NCBI GenBank assembly: GCA_009780345.1
Contig: WRAG01000004.1
Coordinates: forward strand, 19,826-83,825
Direction: 5' to 3'
Length of the DNA stretch: 64,000 bases
From: Oscillospiraceae bacterium
GTDB lineage: Bacteria; Bacillota; Clostridia; Monoglobales; WRAG01
The notes below the pieces were generated by a model. That model made no database searches. It saw only the letters and a list, made by a program, of their open reading frames with translations, and was not told the DNA's origin. Shown piece after piece: positions 1-8,872 of this stretch. Numbering within the stretch: the first letter of the stretch is position 1; each line of letters starts with the position of its first letter. The position numbers and the translations under genes are program-made.

Positions 1-31
1 TTTATCAGCGCATACCAAAGACGGAGAAGAA

Positions 32-418
32 ATGACAGGAACACAATTTGCGGCGGCAGTTGGTTTGTATAACGCTTACGATATGGGATTCAAAGAGGGC
101 GTTATCTGTATGGAATATATGCTTGAAAAACTTGCGCCGGGACTTCAAGAACTCGCAAACGGAAACAGGGAACTTTTGCAAGATATGTTGACTTATGCCG
201 TGGTTGTGTTTGGTACGGCTAATAAAGCATACGAAAAGGGCGAATCCGACAGGGAGAATGGCGCGGATAAATTAAGTTCCGATGAATTTATTGACGTAAA
301 TCCGAACTTGAAAGATGAATGTTGCGCGGATATGGTTGATATTTTGTTCAGCGCGTACATAAAAGGTTATCGAGGTGTTAAGCCCATAAACAATAGCGAG
401 GGGGATTCGCATGAATGA
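32..418 (+). CDS. Hypothetical MGE protein (paralog of 759..1231)
   Basis: 128-aa ORF with GGAG-like RBS. Shares blocks with the downstream ORF (LAPGLQELANGNRELL.. vs VEPQFAELAGGNKEHY..; ..AYEKGE vs ..FYRKGE). Confidence 0.5.
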   Translation: MTGTQFAAAVGLYNAYDMGFKEGVICMEYMLEKLAPGLQELANGNRELLQDMLTYAVVVFGTANKAYEKGESDRENGADKLSSDEFIDVNPNLKDECCADMVDILFSAYIKGYRGVKPINNSEGDSHE

Positions 419-656
419 TGGGAAAAGGTTAATAGAGCAGTCATATACAATTACATTTGAATCATCAATATTGGCGAACGCTTGCGAGTTCGTGCAAAAT
501 GCGGCTGCCGAAGATATAAACAACCGAAACAAGAATCAAATATGCGACCTGTTGTATGTCGTTCAAAAATTCGCGCATAAATTGTCCGGGGATTTGCGCG
601 AGCTTGATTCTGGTATAACTTGTTTTGTAAAAGCCAGTAAGCCGGAAACGGATTAA
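411..656 (+). CDS. Hypothetical protein
   Basis: 81-aa ORF overlapping the upstream stop by 8 nt (coupled arrangement). No recognisable motif. Confidence 0.4.
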   Translation: MNDGKRLIEQSYTITFESSILANACEFVQNAAAEDINNRNKNQICDLLYVVQKFAHKLSGDLRELDSGITCFVKASKPETD

Positions 657-758
657 CTTTATATTGTGTAGTGTTTTCATTTTGGGAACGGTTGAGGCAC
701 ACCCCTTGACCGCTCCGCTTTTTTCAAAAATACTAATTACGAAAGGATTGATTATTGT

Positions 759-1231
759 ATGAAAAATTTACAGAAATACCTTGCGGAAGTTGAACCGCAA
801 TTTGCGGAACTTGCCGGAGGTAACAAGGAACATTATGAGGCGATGATGACCCTCGCGCGCGATGTACACGGTGATATGACTAACTTCTACAGGAAGGGTG
901 AATTTTGCCGCAAGATTGGTAGGAAGCTCCCGACCCGAAGAAAGATAGGCTGCCGACGATTAAGGAAGTCGCAAAAATGCTCAAAGAAATCGGAGCAGAA
1001 CCAACCAACACAAGCGCGAACAAAGCCGCCAAAGTCATTGTCGGTGTGCTTGAACAATACGCAGGCAAAGGCAAGCAACACAAAGCCGAAGGACGAGCCA
1101 AACAGACAGTCGGACAGTTGACATATTTTTCGGAACTCGACAACCTTGACTTCCCAAAGGATATGAAAATACACTTTATTGAAATGGTTGTCTATCCAGC
1201 TTATGAGTTCGGTTACGAAAAGGCAAGCTAA
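759..1231 (+). pseudogene. Frameshifted paralog of 32..418 (two frames joined near 915-925)
   Basis: The N-terminal part reads sensibly in the 759 frame up to ..FYRKGEFCRKIGRK. The paralog-like C-terminal part (..MVVYPAYEFGYEKAS) is in the -1 frame, open from 923. The rest of the 759 frame is R/K/S-rich nonsense. Confidence 0.4.
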
Positions 1232-1242
1232 TTTGATTATAT

Positions 1243-1278
1243 CGAGAGTCGGTTTGAATTGTTAGATGCCGACTCTCG
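1243..1278 (+). terminator. Hairpin after 759..1231 (weak intrinsic terminator)
   Basis: CGAGAGTCGG..16 nt..CCGACTCTCG perfect 10-bp stem, followed by a poor T tract (ctcctttc). Confidence 0.4.
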
Positions 1279-1342
1279 CTCCTTTCAATAGTGTTTGCGA
1301 AGGTACACCCTAACGGACACGGAGTTTTGAGAGGTTTTTGCA

Positions 1343-1435
1343 TTTGTAAAGGTTGGGAAACGACTTTACGGATGTTTGTAAATGATTGATAGGTTTACAA
1401 ATAAATTACCGATAGCGCCGATTTGGCGCTATCGG
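1343..1435. promoter_or_regulatory. Candidate recombinase binding/res-like region
   Basis: TTTGTAAA at 1343 and 1375 and inverted TTTACAAA at 1394. Perfect 11-bp inverted repeat CCGATAGCGCC-gattt-GGCGCTATCGG (1409-1435) just upstream of the likely TTG start of the resolvase. Confidence 0.35.
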
Positions 1436-2074
1436 GGAAGGGGGTGTTGCAAATTGAAAAACAAAGTATTTGCTTATGCGAGAGTAAGCACGAAGGAACA
1501 AAACCTTGACCGACAGTTGAAAGCGTTTATTGATTTAGGAATTGACGAGCGCGATATAATCGTTGACAAGGAAAGCGGCAAAGACTTCAATCGTCAAAAT
1601 TATTTGGCATTACGAAATAATATGTTGCGAATGGATGACATTCTTTATATTAAATCCCTTGACCGTCTATCTCGCAACAAAGCCGACATAAAGGAAGAAT
1701 TGGAATACTTTAAGGCGCATAATATCCGCTTGAAAGTGCTTGACCTACCGACCACCCTAATGGAACTACCCGAAGGACAAGAGTGGATTTTTGAGATGGT
1801 AAATAATATCTTGATTGAAGTTTTGGGAACAATTGCGGAACAAGAGCGGGTGACTATCAAGCAACGACAAGCTGAGGGGATAGCCGCCGCGAAGTCCAAA
1901 GGTAAACATCTTGGCAGACCTCCCATAGAATACCCAGCAAACTGGCGCGAGGTTTATTTTTATTGGAAAAGCGGAACGATTACAGCAACGGCAGCAATGT
2001 CGATGATGAACTTAACTCGCTCCACATTTTACAAAATGTTAAATCAATATGAAAATGGAAAGGTGAAATTATGA
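1382..2074 (+). CDS. Small serine recombinase (resolvase/invertase family)
   Basis: N-terminal catalytic block VFAYARVSTKEQNLDRQ, then SLDRLSRN and a C-terminal HTH (TATAAMSMMNLTRSTFYK). The likely true start is TTG at 1454, after GGGGG. Confidence 0.9.
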   Translation: MIDRFTNKLPIAPIWRYRGRGCCKLKNKVFAYARVSTKEQNLDRQLKAFIDLGIDERDIIVDKESGKDFNRQNYLALRNNMLRMDDILYIKSLDRLSRNKADIKEELEYFKAHNIRLKVLDLPTTLMELPEGQEWIFEMVNNILIEVLGTIAEQERVTIKQRQAEGIAAAKSKGKHLGRPPIEYPANWREVYFYWKSGTITATAAMSMMNLTRSTFYKMLNQYENGKVKL

Positions 2075-3234
2075 CTGATTTTAGAACTGAAAAATTGAAT
2101 AGCACTCTCAAAACTTTCGGCATTCGTGGTGAAATCGAATCCGTTTCCTATGGTGCGAGGATTAGTAAATATGTGGTTAAAATTGACCCGCAACAAAAGA
2201 TTGAGCCACTGATTAGGCTTGCGGCAAATATAGGTTGTGCATTTGGTTGTCCTAACTCTGTGAGGATTTCAGGGATTGAAGGGGTGGAACACGCAGTAGG
2301 AATCGAAATCCCTAATCCGACAAGTCGGACGATTTATTTGCGAGAATCACTCAAGTCAAAAGAGTTTAAGGAGTCGGAATCTCCGACATCGTTTGTCGTT
2401 GGCGAGAATGTGGAGGGTAAACCTGTTGTTGCAGACGTTGCCAAAATGCCACACTTACTTATTGGCGGCACAGTTGGCGCGGGAAAATCCGTATTTTTGA
2501 ACGGACTGGTAACAAGCATACTATACAAAGCAACGCCGGAGGAAGTTAAATTTTTGATGATTGACCCGAAGCGAATCGAGATGGCGCAATATCGAAATGT
2601 TCCTCATTTACTTGCACCGATTATCACCGATTGCAAAGCGGCAATGTTGGCGTTGTCTTGGATTGCTGACGAGATGGATTTTCGGTATGAATTGTGTGAA
2701 GTTTACGGCGTTCGGGACTTTGGGCGTTACAATGCGAAGATGAAAAAGGAAGGGCTTGACCCGCTCCCGCGAATCGTTGTTGTGATTGACGAATTATCGG
2801 AGCTTATGATGTCATCGGAGAGTCGTTTCAACGGGAATTTGCAAATACGCAACGAACTTGAAATGCTGATTGCTCGAATTGCTCAAAAATCACGCGCCGC
2901 GGGAATCCACCTGATAATCGCAACGCAAAGACCGTCAAAGCAAGTCGCAACAGGCTTGATAAAAGACAATCTGCCGAGCCGAGTTGCGTTCACTGTTGCG
3001 GACGGCGTGGCTTCACGAATAATTCTTGATGAGTTGGGCGCGGAACGCTTGCTTGGACAAGGCGATATGCTATTTAAACCAGTCGGTAGCAGGGTTGAGC
3101 GGCTTCAAGGGGCGTACATTGACGATGACGAGATTGAATATTTGGTTGACCGTATCAGCGAGGGCGTGAAAAGAAACTACAACGCCGACTTGATGGCGAA
3201 ACTTTTCCCAGAGCGCGTAAAAGTGTCGGCATAA
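2071..3234 (+). CDS. FtsK/SpoIIIE-family DNA translocase (MGE transfer/segregation ATPase)
   Basis: Walker A GGTVGAGKS, then MIDPKRIEMAQYRNVPHLL, Walker B VVVIDELSELM and IHLIIATQRPS..LPSRVAF. ATGA overlap with the resolvase gene. Confidence 0.85.
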   Translation: MTDFRTEKLNSTLKTFGIRGEIESVSYGARISKYVVKIDPQQKIEPLIRLAANIGCAFGCPNSVRISGIEGVEHAVGIEIPNPTSRTIYLRESLKSKEFKESESPTSFVVGENVEGKPVVADVAKMPHLLIGGTVGAGKSVFLNGLVTSILYKATPEEVKFLMIDPKRIEMAQYRNVPHLLAPIITDCKAAMLALSWIADEMDFRYELCEVYGVRDFGRYNAKMKKEGLDPLPRIVVVIDELSELMMSSESRFNGNLQIRNELEMLIARIAQKSRAAGIHLIIATQRPSKQVATGLIKDNLPSRVAFTVADGVASRIILDELGAERLLGQGDMLFKPVGSRVERLQGAYIDDDEIEYLVDRISEGVKRNYNADLMAKLFPERVKVSA

Positions 3235-3289
3235 GGTTTGACATTATATAGGAAGTTATGATAAAATTCGCGTTAAAGGAGATGAGTTT

Positions 3290-3430
3290 GTGGCTTTATT
3301 TAACTGTTTAGAATGTGGACAGGAAATGTATGACGATGAAGTTTGTCCAAATTGTGGCGCGTTGTTTGGTGACGATGATTGCGTTGACGAAGTTTTGGAA
3401 TTTTTCGACGATGATGACGATTGGGATTAA
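3290..3430 (+). CDS. Small zinc-ribbon protein (46 aa, below ORF-track cutoff)
   Basis: GTG start 8 nt after AAGGAG. Reads VALFNCLECGQEMYDDEVCPNCG.. (CxxC..CxxC) with an acidic tail DDDDDWD. Preferred over the antisense 64-aa ORF. Confidence 0.45.
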   Translation: MALFNCLECGQEMYDDEVCPNCGALFGDDDCVDEVLEFFDDDDDWD

Positions 3431-3594
3431 CGCTTAGGTTGAATCGTTGCGAAATTCCCGCTCCGTTTGATTGTTTTATCAACCTAATATTCAAAAAGTA
3501 TTGACAAAACGATTATCTTTGATTTTCGTATGTACATAAATAAAATTACAGAACTATAAAGTGTGAACGAATTGTTACAAACTTCAAAAAAAGG

Positions 3595-3623
3595 TTGACA
3601 AAATAAGTCTTTTGTGTTATAAT
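3595..3623 (+). promoter_or_regulatory. Sigma-70-type promoter for the XRE/HExxH/polymerase block
   Basis: TTGACA (3595-3600), 17-nt spacer ending in TGT (extended -10), TATAAT (3618-3623). Confidence 0.55.
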
Positions 3624-3667
3624 AATAGGGTAATGTGGAAAAATATATTTGAGAGGAGTTTTGGGGG

Positions 3668-3970
3668 TTGCACGGCTTACAGTTTATACGAAATCAGTTC
3701 GGCATTTCCTTGAAGGATTTGGCTGAACAATTAGGCATTTCTGCACAGTCAATTAACGCTTGGGAAGCGGAAATAAAACCTATCCCTGCCGCAAGGTTGG
3801 AAAAACTGACGGAAATTTTCGGGCTTGACGGAAAATACTTTGTGCCGGACATCAGCGCAGAGTTGCAGATTTTGGTTCGGATTGACTTGTTGTTTCAGTC
3901 GTTGCCGGACGAATGGCGGGACGAGGCGTTAACGATGATTAGGAAGCGAATGACGGAGGGCGAAAAATGA
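3668..3970 (+). CDS. XRE-family helix-turn-helix regulator
   Basis: ISLKDLAEQLGISAQSINAWEAEIKPIPAARLEKLTEIFG is a typical Cro/C1 HTH. TTG start after GAGAGGAG. Confidence 0.8.
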   Translation: MHGLQFIRNQFGISLKDLAEQLGISAQSINAWEAEIKPIPAARLEKLTEIFGLDGKYFVPDISAELQILVRIDLLFQSLPDEWRDEALTMIRKRMTEGEK

Positions 3971-4677
3971 ACATTGAAAAAAACAAAGCTGATTGGTTGG
4001 AATGCTTTGAAACGAAGAACGCAGAAGTAGCATATAAAATTATTGAAAACTGTCTTATGCCTAATTATAATGAATTATATGGCGAATGGTTTACGAATCG
4101 CAGTCGAGACGACATAGAGTTGTTAGGTAAAGTATTTGAATATGAGGACATTTATTTTACTGATATGACATTCAAGGACGAGGAGTTTCAAAGAGCTTTG
4201 TTGATATGTCAAGACGAGAACAGGAACGATGTTAATTATTCTGACGAGTTGTTTGATTCGTTAAGTGTATCATATGGGGACTGGCGGTTCTATGTTGCAG
4301 ATTTAGATGGTATAGGTGGTTCTGTAAATTATTTCAAGCGAGAAATGCGCGTCAACACGGAGAGTAAAGACGATATTTCATTAATTTTACACGAAATGAT
4401 ACATATTTACGAATTGACATTACAGAACCGCTATCCTATATTTGCGGAGTATTTGATAATCCAATTATACAACAAATTGAAACCGCTGATTGAAAATTTA
4501 GATGAAAAAATAACTCTAAACTCACACCCTTTATTGTCGGGCGATATGTTTAGGGCGGGAAATAATCACGGCACATTGTTCTTATTAAAGAGTCTTGACT
4601 TGGATTTAAGATTGAAGTTGTCGCTGGGAACGGTGTTTGGTTATGACCGAGAAGGATATATGAAAGACGAAGCGTAA
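3967..4677 (+). CDS. HExxH zinc-metallopeptidase-like protein (SprT/ImmA-type candidate)
   Basis: LILHEMIHIYE (HEMIH at nt 4390-4404) resembles the SprT/Spartan LLHEMIHAY motif. 4-nt overlap with the upstream XRE gene, as in regulator/protease pairs. Confidence 0.5.
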   Translation: MNIEKNKADWLECFETKNAEVAYKIIENCLMPNYNELYGEWFTNRSRDDIELLGKVFEYEDIYFTDMTFKDEEFQRALLICQDENRNDVNYSDELFDSLSVSYGDWRFYVADLDGIGGSVNYFKREMRVNTESKDDISLILHEMIHIYELTLQNRYPIFAEYLIIQLYNKLKPLIENLDEKITLNSHPLLSGDMFRAGNNHGTLFLLKSLDLDLRLKLSLGTVFGYDREGYMKDEA

Positions 4678-4690
4678 GGAGGACGAGATT

Positions 4691-5971
4691 TTGGCGAACA
4701 CTGGTGTGACGAATGCGGGAGCGGCGAATTTGGAAAACAAAGAATCGGTTTACATTGTGTCGGTTCAAGCGAAAGATTTATGGATTGCAAATAATTTGCT
4801 TGCCGATGAAGGAAAGTCGAAAATAAAAGGATATATAACAAGGGATAAAAAGGGGACGTTTTACAACAAATATATCGCAACTCTTGACTATTCTTTGGAT
4901 AGGATTCAATTGGAAAGAATATGCAATCAAGACGGTGTTCAATTTTCGTTCCCGAATCAAAAAAGCGAAAAACACAAACTGAAGCATTATTGCGACAAGG
5001 TAATTAGTGTTGATTTTGATTTAACCGTAAAAGATTATAATAAAAGCGGAGATGTTTTTGTCAAATATGGCTACTGTTACAACAAGGCGGATTACAAAAA
5101 AATAGACAAAAACGATTGTATTCATATAGAAAAAGACGAAAACGGAAACGATGCCTTGATAGGAATTAAGTTGAATACCAAAGTTAAAAATCCTCTATCC
5201 CTTGAAGAACTGAAAAGACTTGGTGAATATTTCACGCTCAAAGAAATTCAACCGAAAGAAAAAGAGGGTAAGAAAAAGGAAAAGCCGTATTTCGTATATA
5301 CCACAACGAACAAAGACTCGAAACGCTTGTATAATATCAAAGCCATCAGAGACGGACTTTATACAAAAGGGTTTGTTTGTAACGGAAGGACATATGTTAG
5401 GTGGAAAAGAAGTGCGGGGAAATCCCGTGTAGGAAAATGTCTTTTTATAGACAAGACGCTTTACAAAAAAATTCGCAAATGGGAACTGTGTGGATTAAAA
5501 GTCAAGGAAAATGACAAAATTGATTTAGCAGCTTTTGAGTCATATATTGCATTATCTAATTCCAGTATAATAGATACTTTGCACATTAAAAAGGAAAACA
5601 TTTTAATCATTCCCGAATATGAGAGCATCTTCAAAGAAAAGGTTATTGCCGTAGGCAAGGACAATAAAAAAAGACTTGTTGCGGAAGAAAAAACATTGGA
5701 AATAAAGAATAATATTTGGGATGGACAGAGTTTGATTGACCCATTGTTGATGAAACAATATAAGAAATACGGGAGTGTTTTGTTGAGAAACCGATTTTAT
5801 AAAAGTTGCGCCTTCACTTGTGATATTCAAAAATTCTTCAAGGATAAAGGCATTGCAGATGTCTCGCAACTTAACGGGTTCACATTGGCAACTGAAATCA
5901 AGGATATTAAATACATAACGACTGAAAGCAGTATAAAATATTCAAAGTTTGGAAGTAAAAAAAGTGGTTGA
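4691..5971 (+). CDS. YonO/RdRP-like two-barrel RNA polymerase, N-terminal part (first DPBB)
   Basis: TTG start after AAGGAGGA. Motifs KSRVGKCLF, IWDGQSLI and LLRNRFYKSCAF match my recollection of RdRP-family blocks (aRhGQcFS, sDGhGkIS, QIRxGGxKG). Very AT-rich. Confidence 0.6.
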   Translation: MANTGVTNAGAANLENKESVYIVSVQAKDLWIANNLLADEGKSKIKGYITRDKKGTFYNKYIATLDYSLDRIQLERICNQDGVQFSFPNQKSEKHKLKHYCDKVISVDFDLTVKDYNKSGDVFVKYGYCYNKADYKKIDKNDCIHIEKDENGNDALIGIKLNTKVKNPLSLEELKRLGEYFTLKEIQPKEKEGKKKEKPYFVYTTTNKDSKRLYNIKAIRDGLYTKGFVCNGRTYVRWKRSAGKSRVGKCLFIDKTLYKKIRKWELCGLKVKENDKIDLAAFESYIALSNSSIIDTLHIKKENILIIPEYESIFKEKVIAVGKDNKKRLVAEEKTLEIKNNIWDGQSLIDPLLMKQYKKYGSVLLRNRFYKSCAFTCDIQKFFKDKGIADVSQLNGFTLATEIKDIKYITTESSIKYSKFGSKKSG

Positions 5972-7827
5972 ATAATTTGGACAATAAGTTCGGAATCGTC
6001 AAGCACGATAAACCCGCAAAATACTTCGATGGGCGGTTTGTAAAATTAAATTATCAAATGTTAAATTCACTACAATCATATTACGACTTCAAGAAACCGA
6101 CTGAACAATTAGTGAGAAATGACGGAGATTTGGGCGAGCTTATGTTTCCTACTTGGGAATATTCGTTTGGATTATATCACGACCCAAAAGCTATAAAATA
6201 CCACGTCAATTTGAAAAACGAAATCGAGTATGATGATGTCGATTATGACACCGAAACCAAAAACGATTTGATATTCAAATTACTAAATATAAACGAAAAT
6301 TTCCCATTAAGTAACCTATATCACGAATTAAAGGTTGAGATTGTACGCGCATTTATAAACAGTATTAGAAAAGAAGGTAGGGTGATTGTCGAGGGAACAC
6401 ATGCCACCGTTTGTGCGAATCCTGTTGAAATGCTTTATCACTCTATAATGAAGAAAAACGGAAAAGGTAGTCAGTTTGATGGCACAAGCAAAATCGGCGT
6501 TGGTAATGTTTATTCCGAGCGGTTCAAGTTCGATAAAGTTATATTTGCCGGAAGAAGCCCGTTTATCACAATGGGAAATATATGGTTGCCGACCAATAAG
6601 GATAATTCCGAAATCAAGGAATACATGAACCCGACAGACCAAATATTATATTACAATGCCATAAACGAGAACAGTCAGCAACTAAATAATGGTATGGATA
6701 ATGACGGTGATGCCTGTTTAATTACAAACGACAGAGCGATGTTGGCGTTAGCCGGAAAACATTATGGTAAATTTTTAGTTCCGACAATGGACGAAAAAAG
6801 TATGGCGGCGGAAAACGAAATCTACCACTACACCGATTTAGACAAATCAAAATTGGATTCAAAAACCAAGGATAATTATATCGGCGAAATTGTAAATTTG
6901 AGCCAAGAGCTTAATAGTTGGTTGTGGCACAACCTCAACGAAAATCCCGAATACGACTACACACAACTTTACCTCGATATTTCACGCCTTGCGGTGTTGT
7001 CGGGGGCGGCTATTGATTCAGCCAAGAAAAATTTTGACATTAGTTTTGCGGCGGAAATAAAACGCATACGCAAGAGGAATGACGATTTAATCAAGGAAAC
7101 TAAACCCAAATTCTTCAAACACATTAAAATGCAAAGGAAGAAAAAGGCAGAGTTTTCACCCGATGAAATTGAAAAGTTCGAGGAACTTATTGAAGAATCG
7201 GAAGCTGACATCAAGAGTGGAAAAATATGTGTTCTTGATTATTTTGCCGAAAGCGACGAGGATATAGGCTTGATTAAACGTTTGGATAAATATATAAAGT
7301 TCTGCAACAAGAAAAATCCGTTTGAATATGTAAACACAACTATGGATTATATTGTAAGCATTACAAACAAGTTGAATTATGGATTGTCAAGAAACAACAA
7401 CGAAAATGTGTTACAAGTTAGGGATTTGATTGTTGACGTTGATTCACACAGCGTTGACAATGACGAAAAGAAAATCATTGAAAAAATATGCGAAGAAATT
7501 GAGAACGTTCGCAATGACATTGGGAAATTGTGGGGTATTAAGAAAAACAAGGAACGAGACCGGGCAGAACGGAAATTGCAAATCGAAAACAAGAAGGAAG
7601 AATTGATAACCTTCTGTAATACCCAAAAACTCAACCGCGATATATTGATTGGCTTGCTTGCAAAAATGGACGATAAACAAATATGTAGCAAGGGTAAGAA
7701 ATTGGGATTTTATTTTCAAATTTTACTCAACATTGAAGTCGATGGCATTGATGGCATAAATAAAATGATAGATTTTTTTGATTCACGACTTGCAAAAATG
7801 CCCGATTTTGCCCAAAACAACGCCTAA
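5968..7827 (+). CDS. YonO/RdRP-like two-barrel RNA polymerase, C-terminal part (catalytic DPBB, DNDGD)
   Basis: FVKLNYQMLNSL, GRSPFITMGNI and, ~45 aa later, MDNDGDACLITND (nt 6697-6711), matching RNPxxHPGD...DxDGD..hxWD of RdRP/YonO polymerases. The frame is -1 relative to the upstream ORF and open from 5959. Confidence 0.65.
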   Translation: MNNLDNKFGIVKHDKPAKYFDGRFVKLNYQMLNSLQSYYDFKKPTEQLVRNDGDLGELMFPTWEYSFGLYHDPKAIKYHVNLKNEIEYDDVDYDTETKNDLIFKLLNINENFPLSNLYHELKVEIVRAFINSIRKEGRVIVEGTHATVCANPVEMLYHSIMKKNGKGSQFDGTSKIGVGNVYSERFKFDKVIFAGRSPFITMGNIWLPTNKDNSEIKEYMNPTDQILYYNAINENSQQLNNGMDNDGDACLITNDRAMLALAGKHYGKFLVPTMDEKSMAAENEIYHYTDLDKSKLDSKTKDNYIGEIVNLSQELNSWLWHNLNENPEYDYTQLYLDISRLAVLSGAAIDSAKKNFDISFAAEIKRIRKRNDDLIKETKPKFFKHIKMQRKKKAEFSPDEIEKFEELIEESEADIKSGKICVLDYFAESDEDIGLIKRLDKYIKFCNKKNPFEYVNTTMDYIVSITNKLNYGLSRNNNENVLQVRDLIVDVDSHSVDNDEKKIIEKICEEIENVRNDIGKLWGIKKNKERDRAERKLQIENKKEELITFCNTQKLNRDILIGLLAKMDDKQICSKGKKLGFYFQILLNIEVDGIDGINKMIDFFDSRLAKMPDFAQNNA

Positions 7828-7984
7828 AATTTAAGATTTACACCCCTCAAACGCCATGTTTAAGGCAAAAAAGATTTTCGGTAGTATGGGGAAGAATAAC
7901 ATAAACCGTGTCGTTCGTTCGGCGCGGTTTTTGCGTATGCAGTAAACGCAGTATGCAATTTATTATTACGAAAGGAGACACGAA

Positions 7985-8173
7985 ATGACCCAAGAATCTG
8001 TACGGAATAGGTTATGTAAGTACATTGAAGAAAAAGGCGTGAAGTTAGTTTTTATTTCTCGCAAAGTCGGAGTCCCCGATTACCTTATGGCGAAGTTCAA
8101 GACCGCAAAGCGGGAACTATGGAACGAATCACTCTTGGAGCTGGATAAATTTCTTAGTGCCGAAAATTACTAA
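7985..8173 (+). CDS. Small putative DNA-binding (HTH-like) protein
   Basis: 62 aa with RBS AAGGAGA. The segment KLVFISRKVGVPDYLMAKFKT is HTH-like. Confidence 0.45.
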   Translation: MTQESVRNRLCKYIEEKGVKLVFISRKVGVPDYLMAKFKTAKRELWNESLLELDKFLSAENY

Positions 8174-8275
8174 TTCAACCACAAAAAAAGGGGGGTGCGC
8201 CGCGCGCAGCACCTAAAACGATAGCAGCACAGACCGCCAAGAGCCGAGAGGTTCTATTTTTTTGTACAAATTGGG

Positions 8276-8872
8276 GTGAACAAAATGAAAAACGATATAT
8301 TTGAACGGATAAAAGAAGAAATCACGATTGAGGATATTTTTAATTATTATGGAATCGAGATAAACCGAAATCGCAAAGCGTTGTGTTGTTGGCACGATGA
8401 TAATTCACCGAGTATGTCCGTGAACTTGGTTGCTGGTTTATGGTATTGCCACGTCTGCTGCGAGGGCGGGGACATTTTCTCATTTGTCGCGCTGAAAGAG
8501 AGTTGCACACCGTATCAGGCGGCGCAAATCCTTGACGAGCGGCACGGGTTGGATTTGATAGCCACGACCACAAGACCGACTCGAAAACAAGTTAGCGACC
8601 ACCAAGCGAAAAAGGAAGCGTTGGCGCGATTCAAGGAAGATTTGCGGAGCGTTGAGAACAAGTTGAGCGACTACTTCCTCTTATTCCACCGAGCAACCAT
8701 TGACCCGCCGGACAACTTTGACGAAATGCCGCCGTTATATGAAATAGCATTGAAAGAGAGAAGTTATACCGAATATTTGCTTGACTTTTTAGCGTTTGGC
8801 AATTTCGAGGACCGGGCGCACGGCTACAAGATGGCGAAACAATATTTACAAAGATTGGAGGCGGCAATTTGA
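8276..8872 (+). CDS. CHC2 (DnaG-type) zinc-finger protein, replication initiation partner
   Basis: CCWHDDNSPSMSV..LWYCHVCCEGGDIFSF is the CHC2 primase zinc-finger pattern. The likely start is ATG at 8285. Confidence 0.7.
   Translation: MNKMKNDIFERIKEEITIEDIFNYYGIEINRNRKALCCWHDDNSPSMSVNLVAGLWYCHVCCEGGDIFSFVALKESCTPYQAAQILDERHGLDLIATTTRPTRKQVSDHQAKKEALARFKEDLRSVENKLSDYFLLFHRATIDPPDNFDEMPPLYEIALKERSYTEYLLDFLAFGNFEDRAHGYKMAKQYLQRLEAAI

Noticed and set aside
3300-3494. 64-aa minus-strand ORF
   Set aside because: It is His/Arg-rich nonsense. The plus strand of the same DNA encodes a CxxC..CxxC zinc ribbon with an RBS, co-oriented with the operon.
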